Virus record (IMG/VR): IMGVR_UViG_2534682338_000012
Coordinates: 1-54,083 of that record
Length of the DNA: 54,083 bases
From: a virus
Taxonomy: Duplodnaviria > Heunggongvirae > Uroviricota > Caudoviricetes
Direction: 5' to 3' (one strand)
Part shown: in pieces, positions 9,589-18,342 of the stretch
Numbering within the stretch: position 1 is the stretch's first letter
Layout: the number at the start of each line of letters is the position of its first letter
Made by a program: the position numbers and the translations under genes
Notes under the pieces: model-generated
The model's database searches: none
Told to the model about the DNA's origin: nothing
The model's input: the letters and a program-made list of their open reading frames with translations, nothing else

Positions 9589-10077
9589 ATGAGTCTGTTA
9601 AATGACGTTCAGAAATTCATTGAAGCCCATCCGGGGTGTACTTCCGGAGACATTGCGGATGCTTTTGCAGGTTACTCACGGCAGCGCGTTCTGCAGTCTG
9701 CAAGCAAGTTACGTCAGAGTGGGCGTGTGGCTCACCGTTGTGAAGGAGATACACGCAGACATTTCCCGCGCCTGACTGAGAGAGCGCAGGAGCCGGAACC
9801 ACAACCAGTTCGTGAAACCAGACCTGTGCGCAATTTCTATGTCGGCACTAACGATCCCCGGGTGATTTTGTGCCTGACCCGCCAGGCGGAAGAACTGGAG
9901 TCCAGGGGCTTATACCGTCGTGCTGCAACGGTGTGGATGGCGGCATTCCGTGAAAGCCACTCCCAGCCAGAACGAAACAATTTTCTGGCGCGTCGTGAAC
10001 GGTGTTTACGGAAAAGCAGCAAGCGGGCTGCATCAGGTGAAGAGTGGTATCTGTCAGGGAATTACGTGGGGGCTTAA
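9589..10077 (+). CDS. PerC-like transcriptional regulator
   Basis: Contains AEELESRGLYRRAATVWMAAF resembling the conserved PerC/Pch core; start taken at ATG after GGGGGTG. Confidence 0.45.
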   Translation: MSLLNDVQKFIEAHPGCTSGDIADAFAGYSRQRVLQSASKLRQSGRVAHRCEGDTRRHFPRLTERAQEPEPQPVRETRPVRNFYVGTNDPRVILCLTRQAEELESRGLYRRAATVWMAAFRESHSQPERNNFLARRERCLRKSSKRAASGEEWYLSGNYVGA

Positions 10078-10730
10078 TGAGTAATAAATATTGCCAGGCG
10101 CTGGTGGAACTGCGGAACAAACCAGCCCATGAACTGAAGGAAGTGGGCGATCAGTGGCGCACGCCGGACAACATTTTCTGGGGAATTAACACCCTGTTTG
10201 GCCCGTTTGTTCTGGATCTGTTCACCGACGGTGATAACGCCAAATGTGCCGCGTATTACACGGCGGAAGACAATGCGCTGGCGCATGACTGGTCAGAACG
10301 TCTTGCGGAGCTTAAAGGTGCTGCCTTTGGTAATCCCCCATACAGCCGCGCCAGTCAGCATGAGGGGCAATACATCACTGGCATGCGTTACATAATGAAG
10401 CATGCCAGTTCCATGCGTGATAAAGGCGGTCGCTATGTTTTCCTGATCAAAGCTGCCACCAGCGAAGTGTGGTGGCCGGAAGATGCAGATCATATTGCTT
10501 TTATTCGCGGGCGTATTGGTTTTGAACTGCCTGTCTGGTTTATCCCGAAAGACGAGAAGCAGGTGCCGACAGGCGCTTTCTTCGCTGGTGCTATTGCTGT
10601 TTTCGACAAGACCTGGAAGGGACCGGCAATCAGCTACATCGGGCGCGATGAACTTGAGGCATGTGGTGAGGCGTTTCTGGCGCAGGTTCGCCAGCAGGCG
10701 GAAAAACTGGTCAGGGAGATGGCGGCATGA
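10077..10730 (+). CDS. phage DNA N6-adenine methyltransferase (Dam-type)
   Basis: GNPPY(S) catalytic motif (AAFGNPPYSRA); TAATG overlap with upstream gene. Confidence 0.85.
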   Translation: MSNKYCQALVELRNKPAHELKEVGDQWRTPDNIFWGINTLFGPFVLDLFTDGDNAKCAAYYTAEDNALAHDWSERLAELKGAAFGNPPYSRASQHEGQYITGMRYIMKHASSMRDKGGRYVFLIKAATSEVWWPEDADHIAFIRGRIGFELPVWFIPKDEKQVPTGAFFAGAIAVFDKTWKGPAISYIGRDELEACGEAFLAQVRQQAEKLVREMAA

Positions 10731-11053
10731 CGACGTTAACTCAATGCCAGCAGCAGGTGCTGGATATGCTGATTTCTTATCAGAAAGAACGTGGCTTCCC
10801 GCCAACCAATCAGGAGGTGGCAACCATGCTGGGATACCGTTCGGTGAATGCAGCGGTGGAACATCTTCGCGCACTGGAGAAAAAAGGCGTCATCACGATA
10901 AAGCGTGGTGTGGCCCGGGGGATCACGCTTCATACCGTGGTGAAGGACGACGACAGCGAGGCGGTCGGGATTATCCGCTCACTGCTTGCCGGTGAGGAAA
11001 ACGCCAGGCTGCGTGCAGCCCACTGGTTACATGAGAGGGGCCTGAAAGTATGA
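10727..11053 (+). CDS. LexA N-terminal DNA-binding-domain-like protein (no peptidase domain)
   Basis: 108 aa; LTQCQQQVLDMLISYQKERGFPPTNQEVATMLGYRSVNAAVEHLRALEKKGVI closely parallels the LexA winged-helix domain. Confidence 0.6.
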   Translation: MTTLTQCQQQVLDMLISYQKERGFPPTNQEVATMLGYRSVNAAVEHLRALEKKGVITIKRGVARGITLHTVVKDDDSEAVGIIRSLLAGEENARLRAAHWLHERGLKV

Positions 11054-11439
11054 AGCTAATACTGCCTTTTCCGCCCAGCGTGAACACGTACTGGCGACAC
11101 CCCAACAAAGGGGCGTTTGCAGGTAAGAGCCTGATAAGCGTGGCAGGGCGAAAATTCCAGAGCGCGGCGTGCGCAGCAATAGTTGAGCAGTTACGTCGTC
11201 TGCCGAAACCAACGTCGGCACCTGCTTCAGTGGAGATCGTGTTGTTTCCTCCGGATAACCGGATCCGCGATCTGGACAACTATAACAAGGCGCTGTTTGA
11301 CGCCCTGACCCACGCGGGTGTGTGGGAAGACGACAGTCAGGTGAAAAGAATGCTGGTGGAGTGGGGACCGGTTATCCCGGAGGGGAAGGTCGAGATCACT
11401 ATCAGTAAGTACGAGAAAACGGCGGGTGCAGCCGCCTGA
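11050..11439 (+). CDS. rusA: RusA Holliday junction resolvase
   Basis: MKLILPFPPSVNTYWR... conserved RusA N-terminus and acidic residues. Confidence 0.9.
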   Translation: MKLILPFPPSVNTYWRHPNKGAFAGKSLISVAGRKFQSAACAAIVEQLRRLPKPTSAPASVEIVLFPPDNRIRDLDNYNKALFDALTHAGVWEDDSQVKRMLVEWGPVIPEGKVEITISKYEKTAGAAA

Positions 11440-11459
11440 TCAAGAGGAGAAACGAAGTA

Positions 11460-12267
11460 TGAATAATCTGATGGTCATTGATGGTATTGAAGTTCGTCGT
11501 GATGCTTATGGGCGTTACAGCCTGAACGATCTGCACAGGGCAGCCGGGGGAGAACAAAAAACCGCCCGAAATACTGGCTCTCCAATAAGCAAACCTGTGA
11601 ATTGATTGAACAACTTTTCACCGAGGGTGGAATTCCGCCTCTGGAACAAAATCAACCAGTTAGCGTCATTAATGGCGGAAATAACCAGGGGACGTATGTC
11701 TGCAAAGAACTGGTGTATGCCTATGCAATGTGGATCAGCCCGTCATTCCATCTGAAGGTGATCCGTACTTTCGATATGGTAACCAGCGCACCGGAAAAAT
11801 TATCCGGGCAGGCTGCTGACAAGATGCAGGCTGGAGTGATTCTGCTGGACTTTATGCGCAGGGAGTTAAACCTGTCTAACTCTTCAGTGCTTGGGGCCTG
11901 TCAGAAACTCCAGGAGGCTGTTGGCTTACCGAATCTGGCACCGCGCTATGCCATTGATGCTCCTGCTGACGCGCCTGATGGCTCAAGTCGCCCGACACTG
12001 TCGCTGAGTGCACTGCTGAAACAGTATGGTATCCGCCTTACGGCTAATCAGGCATATCACCAGATGGCGAAGCTGGGGATCGTCGAACAGCGCGAACGAT
12101 ACAGCCGTACAGCGATTAACAACATCAAAAAATTCTGGTCGCTGACGGCGAAAGGCTGCATGTTCGGCAAGAACATCACCAGTCCTGCAAATCCGCGCGA
12201 GACGCAGCCGCACTTCTTCGAATCCCGATTCCCTGAGCTGTTAAAGCTGCTCGATACCGTTCATTGA
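11460..12267 (+). pseudogene. KilA-N domain protein interrupted by frameshift in an A6 run
   Basis: ATG with AAGAGGAGA RBS encodes MNNLMVIDGIEVRRDAYGRYSLNDLHRAAGGEQK then stops; the +1 frame continues ...NRPKYWLSNKQTCELIEQLFTEGG into the 221-aa ORF 11602-12267. Confidence 0.5.
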
Positions 12268-12268
12268 G

Positions 12269-13264
12269 GTGACCGTGAGAGCACTACTGACCCCTGAAAT
12301 TGCCCCGCGTATGGGGATCGTATTGTTCAGACCAGGTTCAGAGCTGATGCCCCTGTTTATGCAGGGGCGTGTCCTGCTGGAGCCTGAGCCGGAACGTTAT
12401 TCATCTTTCGCCAGTGGTGCCGTTCCGGCGGCATCACAACCGCTGGCGGATGATCCTGCCGTTCGGGCCGTATTCCGCAATGAGGCAGTGATCCGTCGTG
12501 CTGGTGGCGTGGAATGTCTTGAAAGCTGGTTACTTCGTGAAAAGGGCTGCCAGTGGCCTCATTCCGACTGGCACAGCGAGAACATGACCACAATGCGACA
12601 CGCTCCGGGCGCAATCCGTCTGTGCTGGCACTGCGATAACCAGCTGCGCGATCAGTTCACGGAACGGCTGGAATCAATGGCAACGGATAACTGTGCCCGC
12701 TGGGTGTTGTCTGTTGTGCGTCGGGATCTCGGTTTTGATGACAGTCACGTTGTGACAATGCCGGAACTGTGCTGGTGGCTGGTTCGTAATGACCTGGCGG
12801 GTGCCTTGCCGGAAAGTGCAGCCCGTAAGGCACTGAGATTACCGAAGCCTGTTGTGCCGTCTGTCACCCGGGAAAGTGACCTTGTTCCTTCGGTTCCTGC
12901 CATCAGCATCATCCAGGATAAAGTGAAAAAGGTGCTGGCGCTGAAAGTGGATCCGGAGTCGCCGGAGTCTTTTATGTTACGCCCAAAACGTCGCCGCTGG
13001 GTTAACGAAAAGTACACGCGCTGGGTTAAGACACAGCCGTGTGCATGTTGTGGAAAGCCTGCTGATGATCCCCACCACCTGATAGGCCACGGTCAGAGGG
13101 GAATGGGTACAAAAGCGCATGACCTCTTTGTGTTGCCTTTGTGCAGAAAGCATCACGACGAGCTGCATGCGGATACCGTGGCATTTGAAGAGAAGTATGG
13201 CTCCCAGTTGGAGCTGATATTTCGTTTTATCGATCGTGCGCTGGCAATAGGCGTACTGGCGTAA
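12269..13264 (+). CDS. DUF968-family prophage protein (HNH-like C-terminus)
   Basis: 331 aa, GTG start; C-terminal CxxCG...HHL...GMGTKAHD...CRKHHDELH motif cluster. Confidence 0.55.
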   Translation: MTVRALLTPEIAPRMGIVLFRPGSELMPLFMQGRVLLEPEPERYSSFASGAVPAASQPLADDPAVRAVFRNEAVIRRAGGVECLESWLLREKGCQWPHSDWHSENMTTMRHAPGAIRLCWHCDNQLRDQFTERLESMATDNCARWVLSVVRRDLGFDDSHVVTMPELCWWLVRNDLAGALPESAARKALRLPKPVVPSVTRESDLVPSVPAISIIQDKVKKVLALKVDPESPESFMLRPKRRRWVNEKYTRWVKTQPCACCGKPADDPHHLIGHGQRGMGTKAHDLFVLPLCRKHHDELHADTVAFEEKYGSQLELIFRFIDRALAIGVLA

Positions 13265-13277
13265 GTGGAGAACGAGC

Positions 13278-14030
13278 ATGAACCTTGAAGCTTTACCAAA
13301 ATATTACTCCCCAAAATCTCCAAAATTGAGCGATGACGCACCGGCGACAGGCTCGGGTGGTTTAACAATTACAGATGTGATGGCTGCGCAGGGGATGGTG
13401 CAGTCGAAAGCACCGCTTGGGTTTGCCTTATTCCTGGCAAAAGTTGGTGTTCAGGATCCTCAGTTTGCGATTGAAGGTCTGCTCAATTACGCGATGGCAC
13501 TGGATAACCCGACATTGAACAAATTGAGTGAAGAAACCCGGCTACAGATCATTCCTTACCTTGTGAATTTTGCCTTTGCTGATTATTCCAGGTCTGCGGC
13601 AAGTAAGGCTCGCTGTGAGCGTTGTGCTGGTACTGGATTTCATAATGTATTGCGCGAAGTGGTGAAACACTCCAGAAGCGGGGAGTCTGTTATCAAGGAA
13701 GAGTGGGTGAAGGAACTATGTCAGCATTGTCATGGTAAGGGAGAAGTCAGCACAGCGTGCAGAGGGTGTAAGGGTAAAGGTATTGTCCTGGATGAAAAAA
13801 GAACCCGGCTTCATGGTACGCCTGTTTATAAGATTTGTGGGCGTTGCAATGGAAAACGGTTTAGTCGTTTACCAACCACACTGGCGCGGCATCATGTCCA
13901 GAAACTGGTACCAGACCTGACGGATTATCAGTGGTACAAAGGATATGCAGATGTCATTGATAAACTGGTTACAAAGTGCTGGCAGGAGGAATCTTACGCT
14001 GAAGCACAATTGAGAAAGGTGACAAGATAA
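13278..14030 (+). CDS. late-gene antiterminator Q-like protein with zinc-finger repeats
   Basis: 250 aa with CxxCxGxG repeats (CERCAGTG, CQHCHGKG, CRGCKGKG, CGRCNGKR); positioned immediately upstream of late promoter/lysis region. Confidence 0.55.
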   Translation: MNLEALPKYYSPKSPKLSDDAPATGSGGLTITDVMAAQGMVQSKAPLGFALFLAKVGVQDPQFAIEGLLNYAMALDNPTLNKLSEETRLQIIPYLVNFAFADYSRSAASKARCERCAGTGFHNVLREVVKHSRSGESVIKEEWVKELCQHCHGKGEVSTACRGCKGKGIVLDEKRTRLHGTPVYKICGRCNGKRFSRLPTTLARHHVQKLVPDLTDYQWYKGYADVIDKLVTKCWQEESYAEAQLRKVTR

Positions 14031-14060
14031 GTGATCTTCGCCGAAAATGGTGACATGATG

Positions 14061-14089
14061 CTTGCAATTTTCAAAAAACATGGATAAGA
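14061..14089 (+). promoter_or_regulatory. putative late promoter pR'
   Basis: TTGCAA -35, 17-bp spacer, TAAGAT -10 downstream of Q-like gene. Confidence 0.3.
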
Positions 14090-14232
14090 TTTTCTCAACG
14101 ATGGGCTTTATGTATCTGCCGTTGATAACCTTCAAGAACTCGCCATTGAGCGGGTTTTTTATTGTGTAAAAACAGAATGACGGTATTAATTAGTAATATA
14201 ATTATTCGACCATACAACTAGGGGTCGAAAAA

Positions 14233-15018
14233 ATGTATGTTTTTGAGTTAATCAAGCCAGGCAGTAATCTTAAGTTTGAAAACAGAGAGTTAGAATGGAC
14301 GTTTAATAACTTATTATCCCATTTAGAAACTGCATTTTATGATGCTAATGTAGCATTAAATTTATTCGAACAGGAAAGAACTAAGAATAACAGTAAATTC
14401 GATAATATTTCTCAGACATGGCAAGCTGATGTACAGAAACGACAAGCACTGGAAATGCTGGTTCGTAAAGAGTTTGGTTATCAACCTTATGAATATTCAG
14501 AACAGGTTTTTTCAGAGGTCGAGCTACGTCTAAAAAGAGAAAAATGGAATAACGGTGAATATCCGTTGGCTCATCAACACAGATTGATCTTCTTACATGC
14601 AAAATCATTTCTCTACGCTTTGGATGCTATTGATAAATTTTTAAAGGTAATTTCAAAAGAAAATGGCGCGCCAGAGAACATTAAAAAATTGCATGAACAG
14701 CTTTCTAAAGACTTTCCGGATTTAAGAAAGGTAAGGAATTCAGCTCAACACATGGAAGACAGAGTTCGTGGGCTTGGTGCAGAGAAAGAACCAAAGCCAA
14801 TAAAACTCAAACCTGTAAATAATATTCATGTTGTTGCACCTCAGGGGGCATTGATGTTGAATAACTTATTCGGAACTAAATTTGGGTGCACTATGGCTGA
14901 TGGCTATTATGGTGAAGTAGATATTTCGACAGAGTCTTTGGCAAAGTTGCAAAATTTAATCCAAAAAGTTTTTAATTCCTTCAGTTGGGAAGGACCAAAG
15001 CAACACCTTCCCCGATAA
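14233..15018 (+). CDS. hypothetical moron protein (261 aa) at the Q-holin locus
   Basis: AT-rich ORF with own downstream terminator; no recognisable domain. Confidence 0.6.
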   Translation: MYVFELIKPGSNLKFENRELEWTFNNLLSHLETAFYDANVALNLFEQERTKNNSKFDNISQTWQADVQKRQALEMLVRKEFGYQPYEYSEQVFSEVELRLKREKWNNGEYPLAHQHRLIFLHAKSFLYALDAIDKFLKVISKENGAPENIKKLHEQLSKDFPDLRKVRNSAQHMEDRVRGLGAEKEPKPIKLKPVNNIHVVAPQGALMLNNLFGTKFGCTMADGYYGEVDISTESLAKLQNLIQKVFNSFSWEGPKQHLPR

Positions 15019-15035
15019 CATTTTCTTTTTTATTG

Positions 15036-15068
15036 AAAGCCGCCAAATAATTGGCGGCTTTTTTATTT
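15036..15068 (+). terminator. rho-independent terminator
   Basis: AAAGCCGCC-AAATAATT-GGCGGCTTT stem-loop followed by TTTTTATTT. Confidence 0.7.
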
Positions 15069-15107
15069 CACAGTACCCGCAAATATCGCGAGGTGAGAGA
15101 TGACGAA

Positions 15108-15434
15108 ATGCCTCATAACCCAAATACCTGGCTGGACTTGGTCCAGAGCTGGTGGCGTGGAGACACACCGCTGGGCGCAGTGATTATGTCGATTGTTATG
15201 GCTGGTTTACGTATCGCCTATTTTGGCGGTGGTGGCGGCTGGAAGCGAAAAACACTCGAAATTCTACTCTGTGGCGCTCTGACGCTGACTTTTGCATCCG
15301 CTCTTGAGTATGTCGGATGGCCTAAATCACTTTCTGTTGCCATTGGTGGTGGGGTGGGGCTGATCGGTGTCGATGCTATTCGTGGGGCTGCAATGCGAGT
15401 AATCGGTAACAAATTTGGTGGCTCTAAGGAGTAA
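15108..15434 (+). CDS. holin
   Basis: Small protein with hydrophobic transmembrane stretches (LGAVIMSIVMAGLRIAYFGGGGG, LLCGALTLTFASALEYV) and charged C-terminus, directly upstream of endolysin. Confidence 0.75.
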   Translation: MPHNPNTWLDLVQSWWRGDTPLGAVIMSIVMAGLRIAYFGGGGGWKRKTLEILLCGALTLTFASALEYVGWPKSLSVAIGGGVGLIGVDAIRGAAMRVIGNKFGGSKE

Positions 15435-15437
15435 TTT

Positions 15438-15914
15438 ATGCAGGTACTAAATTCCCAGCGTAAAGCTTTCCTTGATATGGTGGCATGGTCAGAAGGAACG
15501 GATAACGGGCGACAACCGACACGTAACCACGGTTATGACGTTATTGTTGGTGGTGAACTGTTTACTGATTACTCCGATCATCCTCGCAAACTTGTCACGC
15601 TAAACTCCAAACTCAAATCAACAGCCGCCGGACGTTACCAGCTTCTTTCACGTTGGTGGGATGCTTACCGTAAACAGCTTGGTTTGAAAGACTTCTCCCC
15701 CAAAAGCCAGGACGCTGTGGCATTGCAGCAGATTAAAGAACGTGGCGCTTTACCGATGATTGATCGTGGTGATATTCGTCAGGCTATCGACCGTTGCAGC
15801 AATATCTGGGCTTCGTTGCCGGGCGCTGGTTACGGTCAGTATGAACATAAAATTGGTGACCTGATTGCCAGGTTTAAAGAGGTTGGCGGGGTGGTAAATG
15901 AAGTTGAGCTATAA
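15438..15914 (+). CDS. R: endolysin, lambda R-like lytic transglycosylase
   Basis: 158 aa, near-identical to lambda R over most of its length (QRKAFLDM.AWSEGTDNGRQ.TRNHGYDVIVGGELFTDYSDHPRKLVTLN). Confidence 0.95.
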   Translation: MQVLNSQRKAFLDMVAWSEGTDNGRQPTRNHGYDVIVGGELFTDYSDHPRKLVTLNSKLKSTAAGRYQLLSRWWDAYRKQLGLKDFSPKSQDAVALQQIKERGALPMIDRGDIRQAIDRCSNIWASLPGAGYGQYEHKIGDLIARFKEVGGVVNEVEL

Positions 15915-16359
15915 GCTAGTTATCGCTGCTTTCTTCGTTACTATTATTGGTTCTTTCATCTGGTCAGCGAATCATTACCACAATCAAGCCATTGAATACA
16001 AAAAGCAGCGCGACGAAAACGCTATGGCATTACATTCGGCTATGGCGACGATCTCTGATATGCAGAAGCGTCAACGTGACGTAGCTGAACTTGACGCCAG
16101 ATACACAAAGGAGCTTGCTGATGCTAACACGACTCTCGAAAGTCTCCGTACTGATGTCTCTGCTGGTCGTAAGCGCTTGCAAATCGCCGCCACCTGTGCA
16201 AAGTCAACGACCGGAGCCAGCGGCATGGGCTATGGAGAAAGTCCAAGACTTACAGCTGATGCTGAACTCAATTATTACCGCCTCCGAAGTGGGATCGACA
16301 AGATAACTGCACAGGTTAACTACTTGCAGGAGTACATCAAGACACAGTGCCAGAAATGA
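15898..16359 (+). CDS. Rz: i-spanin Rz
   Basis: N-terminal TM helix, coiled-coil periplasmic domain, overlaps endolysin stop. Confidence 0.85.
   Translation: MKLSYKLVIAAFFVTIIGSFIWSANHYHNQAIEYKKQRDENAMALHSAMATISDMQKRQRDVAELDARYTKELADANTTLESLRTDVSAGRKRLQIAATCAKSTTGASGMGYGESPRLTADAELNYYRLRSGIDKITAQVNYLQEYIKTQCQK
16121..16306 (+). CDS. Rz1: o-spanin Rz1 (lipoprotein embedded in +1 frame of Rz)
   Basis: Signal peptide with lipobox LVVSAC and proline-rich mature region (KSPPPVQSQRPEPAAW). Confidence 0.7.
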   Translation: MLTRLSKVSVLMSLLVVSACKSPPPVQSQRPEPAAWAMEKVQDLQLMLNSIITASEVGSTR

Positions 16360-16431
16360 ATCTATAGATGACACTCCTCGTTCGTATAAGATAATGCTAA
16401 ATTACTATTAGCTTAATCACAGGAGACGGAC

Positions 16432-17295
16432 ATGGAAAGAGGTGTGGTATTTAGTGCATGCGAATTACTTAAAACCGAGGATGGAAAAGGCATCCGTACA
16501 GGTAAATGGATTAGTCAATTAGAAATAAACTATCTATGTCTTTATTGGGATAAACTAGTTTCACCCACTAATAATATTATACATACAGCATTAAATAACG
16601 AGGATGAATTAGAAAAATGTGGATTGCTAACCAGACCTGTATATAGACATCATGGTTGTTTTGATGGCCAATATATGGCTGATTTTTATGCTGAAACTCA
16701 TGCCAAAACAATAGATATACTTAGGCATGCGGATTCTTCTGTCGATTGGCGCATGCATTTTTTAAGTGACCAAATAAACTTGGTGCCTGAATTATCTAGA
16801 ACCTCAGAAGTGATACGTTTTGAGCTAGCAAATTTATTACCCGTTCCCACAGAAGATGTGCACCTACATGATATTCTTGATTTCAAGGAAAGAAGAAAAC
16901 CTGAATTAATCGCTTTACATGAATATCTTGATGAGCTTTACTTGGAAATAAAACGTTCTGGTGATATCAATCTTCAGAAAGCAAAAGCTCTTTCTAATCT
17001 TAAACAAGCAATAAAGGATATTGAACGCTTAAATTGTGAAGTGTGGAAAAGTCCAATAAAATTTAGCATCTCTACTTCCTTTGAGTTCGATTTTTCACAA
17101 ATATTTACTCTGGCGGGAACTGTTTTATCTATGTCAGTAGATTATCCTTATAATGTTATTGGAGGGGTAAGTAGTTTTGCTTATTTTTTGGGAGGATGCA
17201 TAAAAATAAAGCCACAATTTCAACAAGTGTTATCATTAGGTAATGATAAATTAGTTTACATAAGCAAAGGAAAATCGGAGGGTATTATTTCCTGA
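16432..17295 (+). CDS. hypothetical moron protein (287 aa) between lysis and packaging modules
   Basis: AGGAG RBS, AT-rich by eye, no recognisable domain. Confidence 0.6.
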   Translation: MERGVVFSACELLKTEDGKGIRTGKWISQLEINYLCLYWDKLVSPTNNIIHTALNNEDELEKCGLLTRPVYRHHGCFDGQYMADFYAETHAKTIDILRHADSSVDWRMHFLSDQINLVPELSRTSEVIRFELANLLPVPTEDVHLHDILDFKERRKPELIALHEYLDELYLEIKRSGDINLQKAKALSNLKQAIKDIERLNCEVWKSPIKFSISTSFEFDFSQIFTLAGTVLSMSVDYPYNVIGGVSSFAYFLGGCIKIKPQFQQVLSLGNDKLVYISKGKSEGIIS

Positions 17296-17371
17296 TTTTT
17301 GATTCTCATAATCAATGAATGTTTTTTGTGAATATACTTATTTTAACCATATAAATAATCAAGGTAATAAA

Positions 17372-17722
17372 GTGCCTCCTCGTATCCCGAAAGCCTGCCG
17401 TGCTCGAGGTTGCCGTAATACCACCACAGACCCGTCAGGCTACTGCGAAAGCCACAAAAGCGAAGGCTGGAAGCAATACAAGCCAGGCCAGTCCCGACAC
17501 CAGCGCGGTTATGGTGCGAAATGGGATTTTATCCGTGAACGTGTGCTCAAGCGTGACAAAGGCCTGTGTCAGTTGTGTTTGCGTGCCGGTGTGGTGCGCG
17601 AGGCGAAAACCGTTGACCACATCATCCCTAAAGCACATGGCGGCACTGATGCCGACAGTAATCTGCAGAGTCTGTGCTGGCCGTGTCATAAGGCGAAGAC
17701 GGCCCGTGAACGGTTGAAGTAA
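17372..17722 (+). CDS. HNH endonuclease (packaging-associated)
   Basis: CxxC...H-N-H motifs (CQLCLRAG...VDHIIPKAHGGTDADSNLQSLCWPCHKAK); start uncertain (GTG). Confidence 0.8.
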   Translation: MPPRIPKACRARGCRNTTTDPSGYCESHKSEGWKQYKPGQSRHQRGYGAKWDFIRERVLKRDKGLCQLCLRAGVVREAKTVDHIIPKAHGGTDADSNLQSLCWPCHKAKTARERLK

Positions 17723-17847
17723 GAACCAGTTCCCACTGCCAGAGGGGAGGGGCGGGTCAAATCCCTGTGACCTGACGTCTTCCGGACTGCCCGCCCCATC
17801 GTTTTTTTATACCCGCGAAAAATGAAATTTAACCAGGAGTGCCGCAT

Positions 17848-18342
17848 ATGGCTGGAACGGCGGGGCGTTCCGGGCGTCGCCCCAAGCCAACGGCGCGCAA
17901 GGCGCTGGCCGGAAACCCCGGCAAGCGAGCCCTGAATAAAGATGAACCTGTTTTTACGCCCATCAAAGGTGTTGAGCCACCGGAGTGGTTCGCAGAAGAA
18001 AATCTCCCTCTCGCCACGATCATGTGGCAACTGACAACCAAAGAACTCTGCGGTCAGGGCCTGTTGTGCGTGACTGACCTCGCGGTGCTTGAGCGGTGGT
18101 GCGTGGCCTATGAGTTCTGGCGACGTGCCGTGAAAAATATTGCCATACAGGGCAACACCATCACCGGTGCAATGGGCGGCAGGGTCAAAAATCCGGAGCT
18201 GACCGCCAAAAAAGAACAGGAGTCCGAGATGAGCAGCACGGGGGCAATGCTCGGACTCGACCCCAGCAGCCGCCAGCGTCTGATTGGCCTGGCGGGGCAG
18301 AAGAAAGCCACTAACCCGTTTCTGAAAATCATCGAGTCATGA
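17848..18342 (+). CDS. terminase small subunit
   Basis: Positioned between HNH and TerL; start at MAGTAG after CAGGAG. Confidence 0.65.
   Translation: MAGTAGRSGRRPKPTARKALAGNPGKRALNKDEPVFTPIKGVEPPEWFAEENLPLATIMWQLTTKELCGQGLLCVTDLAVLERWCVAYEFWRRAVKNIAIQGNTITGAMGGRVKNPELTAKKEQESEMSSTGAMLGLDPSSRQRLIGLAGQKKATNPFLKIIES

Noticed and set aside
14233-15018. Shiga toxin at the Q-holin locus
   Set aside because: Single 261-aa ORF with no resemblance to StxA (no RNA N-glycosidase active-site motif) and no small B-subunit gene with a signal peptide
17723-17847. cos or pac site between HNH and TerS (GGGCGGGTCA...CCGCCCC)
   Set aside because: GC-rich inverted element is suggestive but cannot be distinguished from a terminator or other hairpin without end mapping, so not called as a feature
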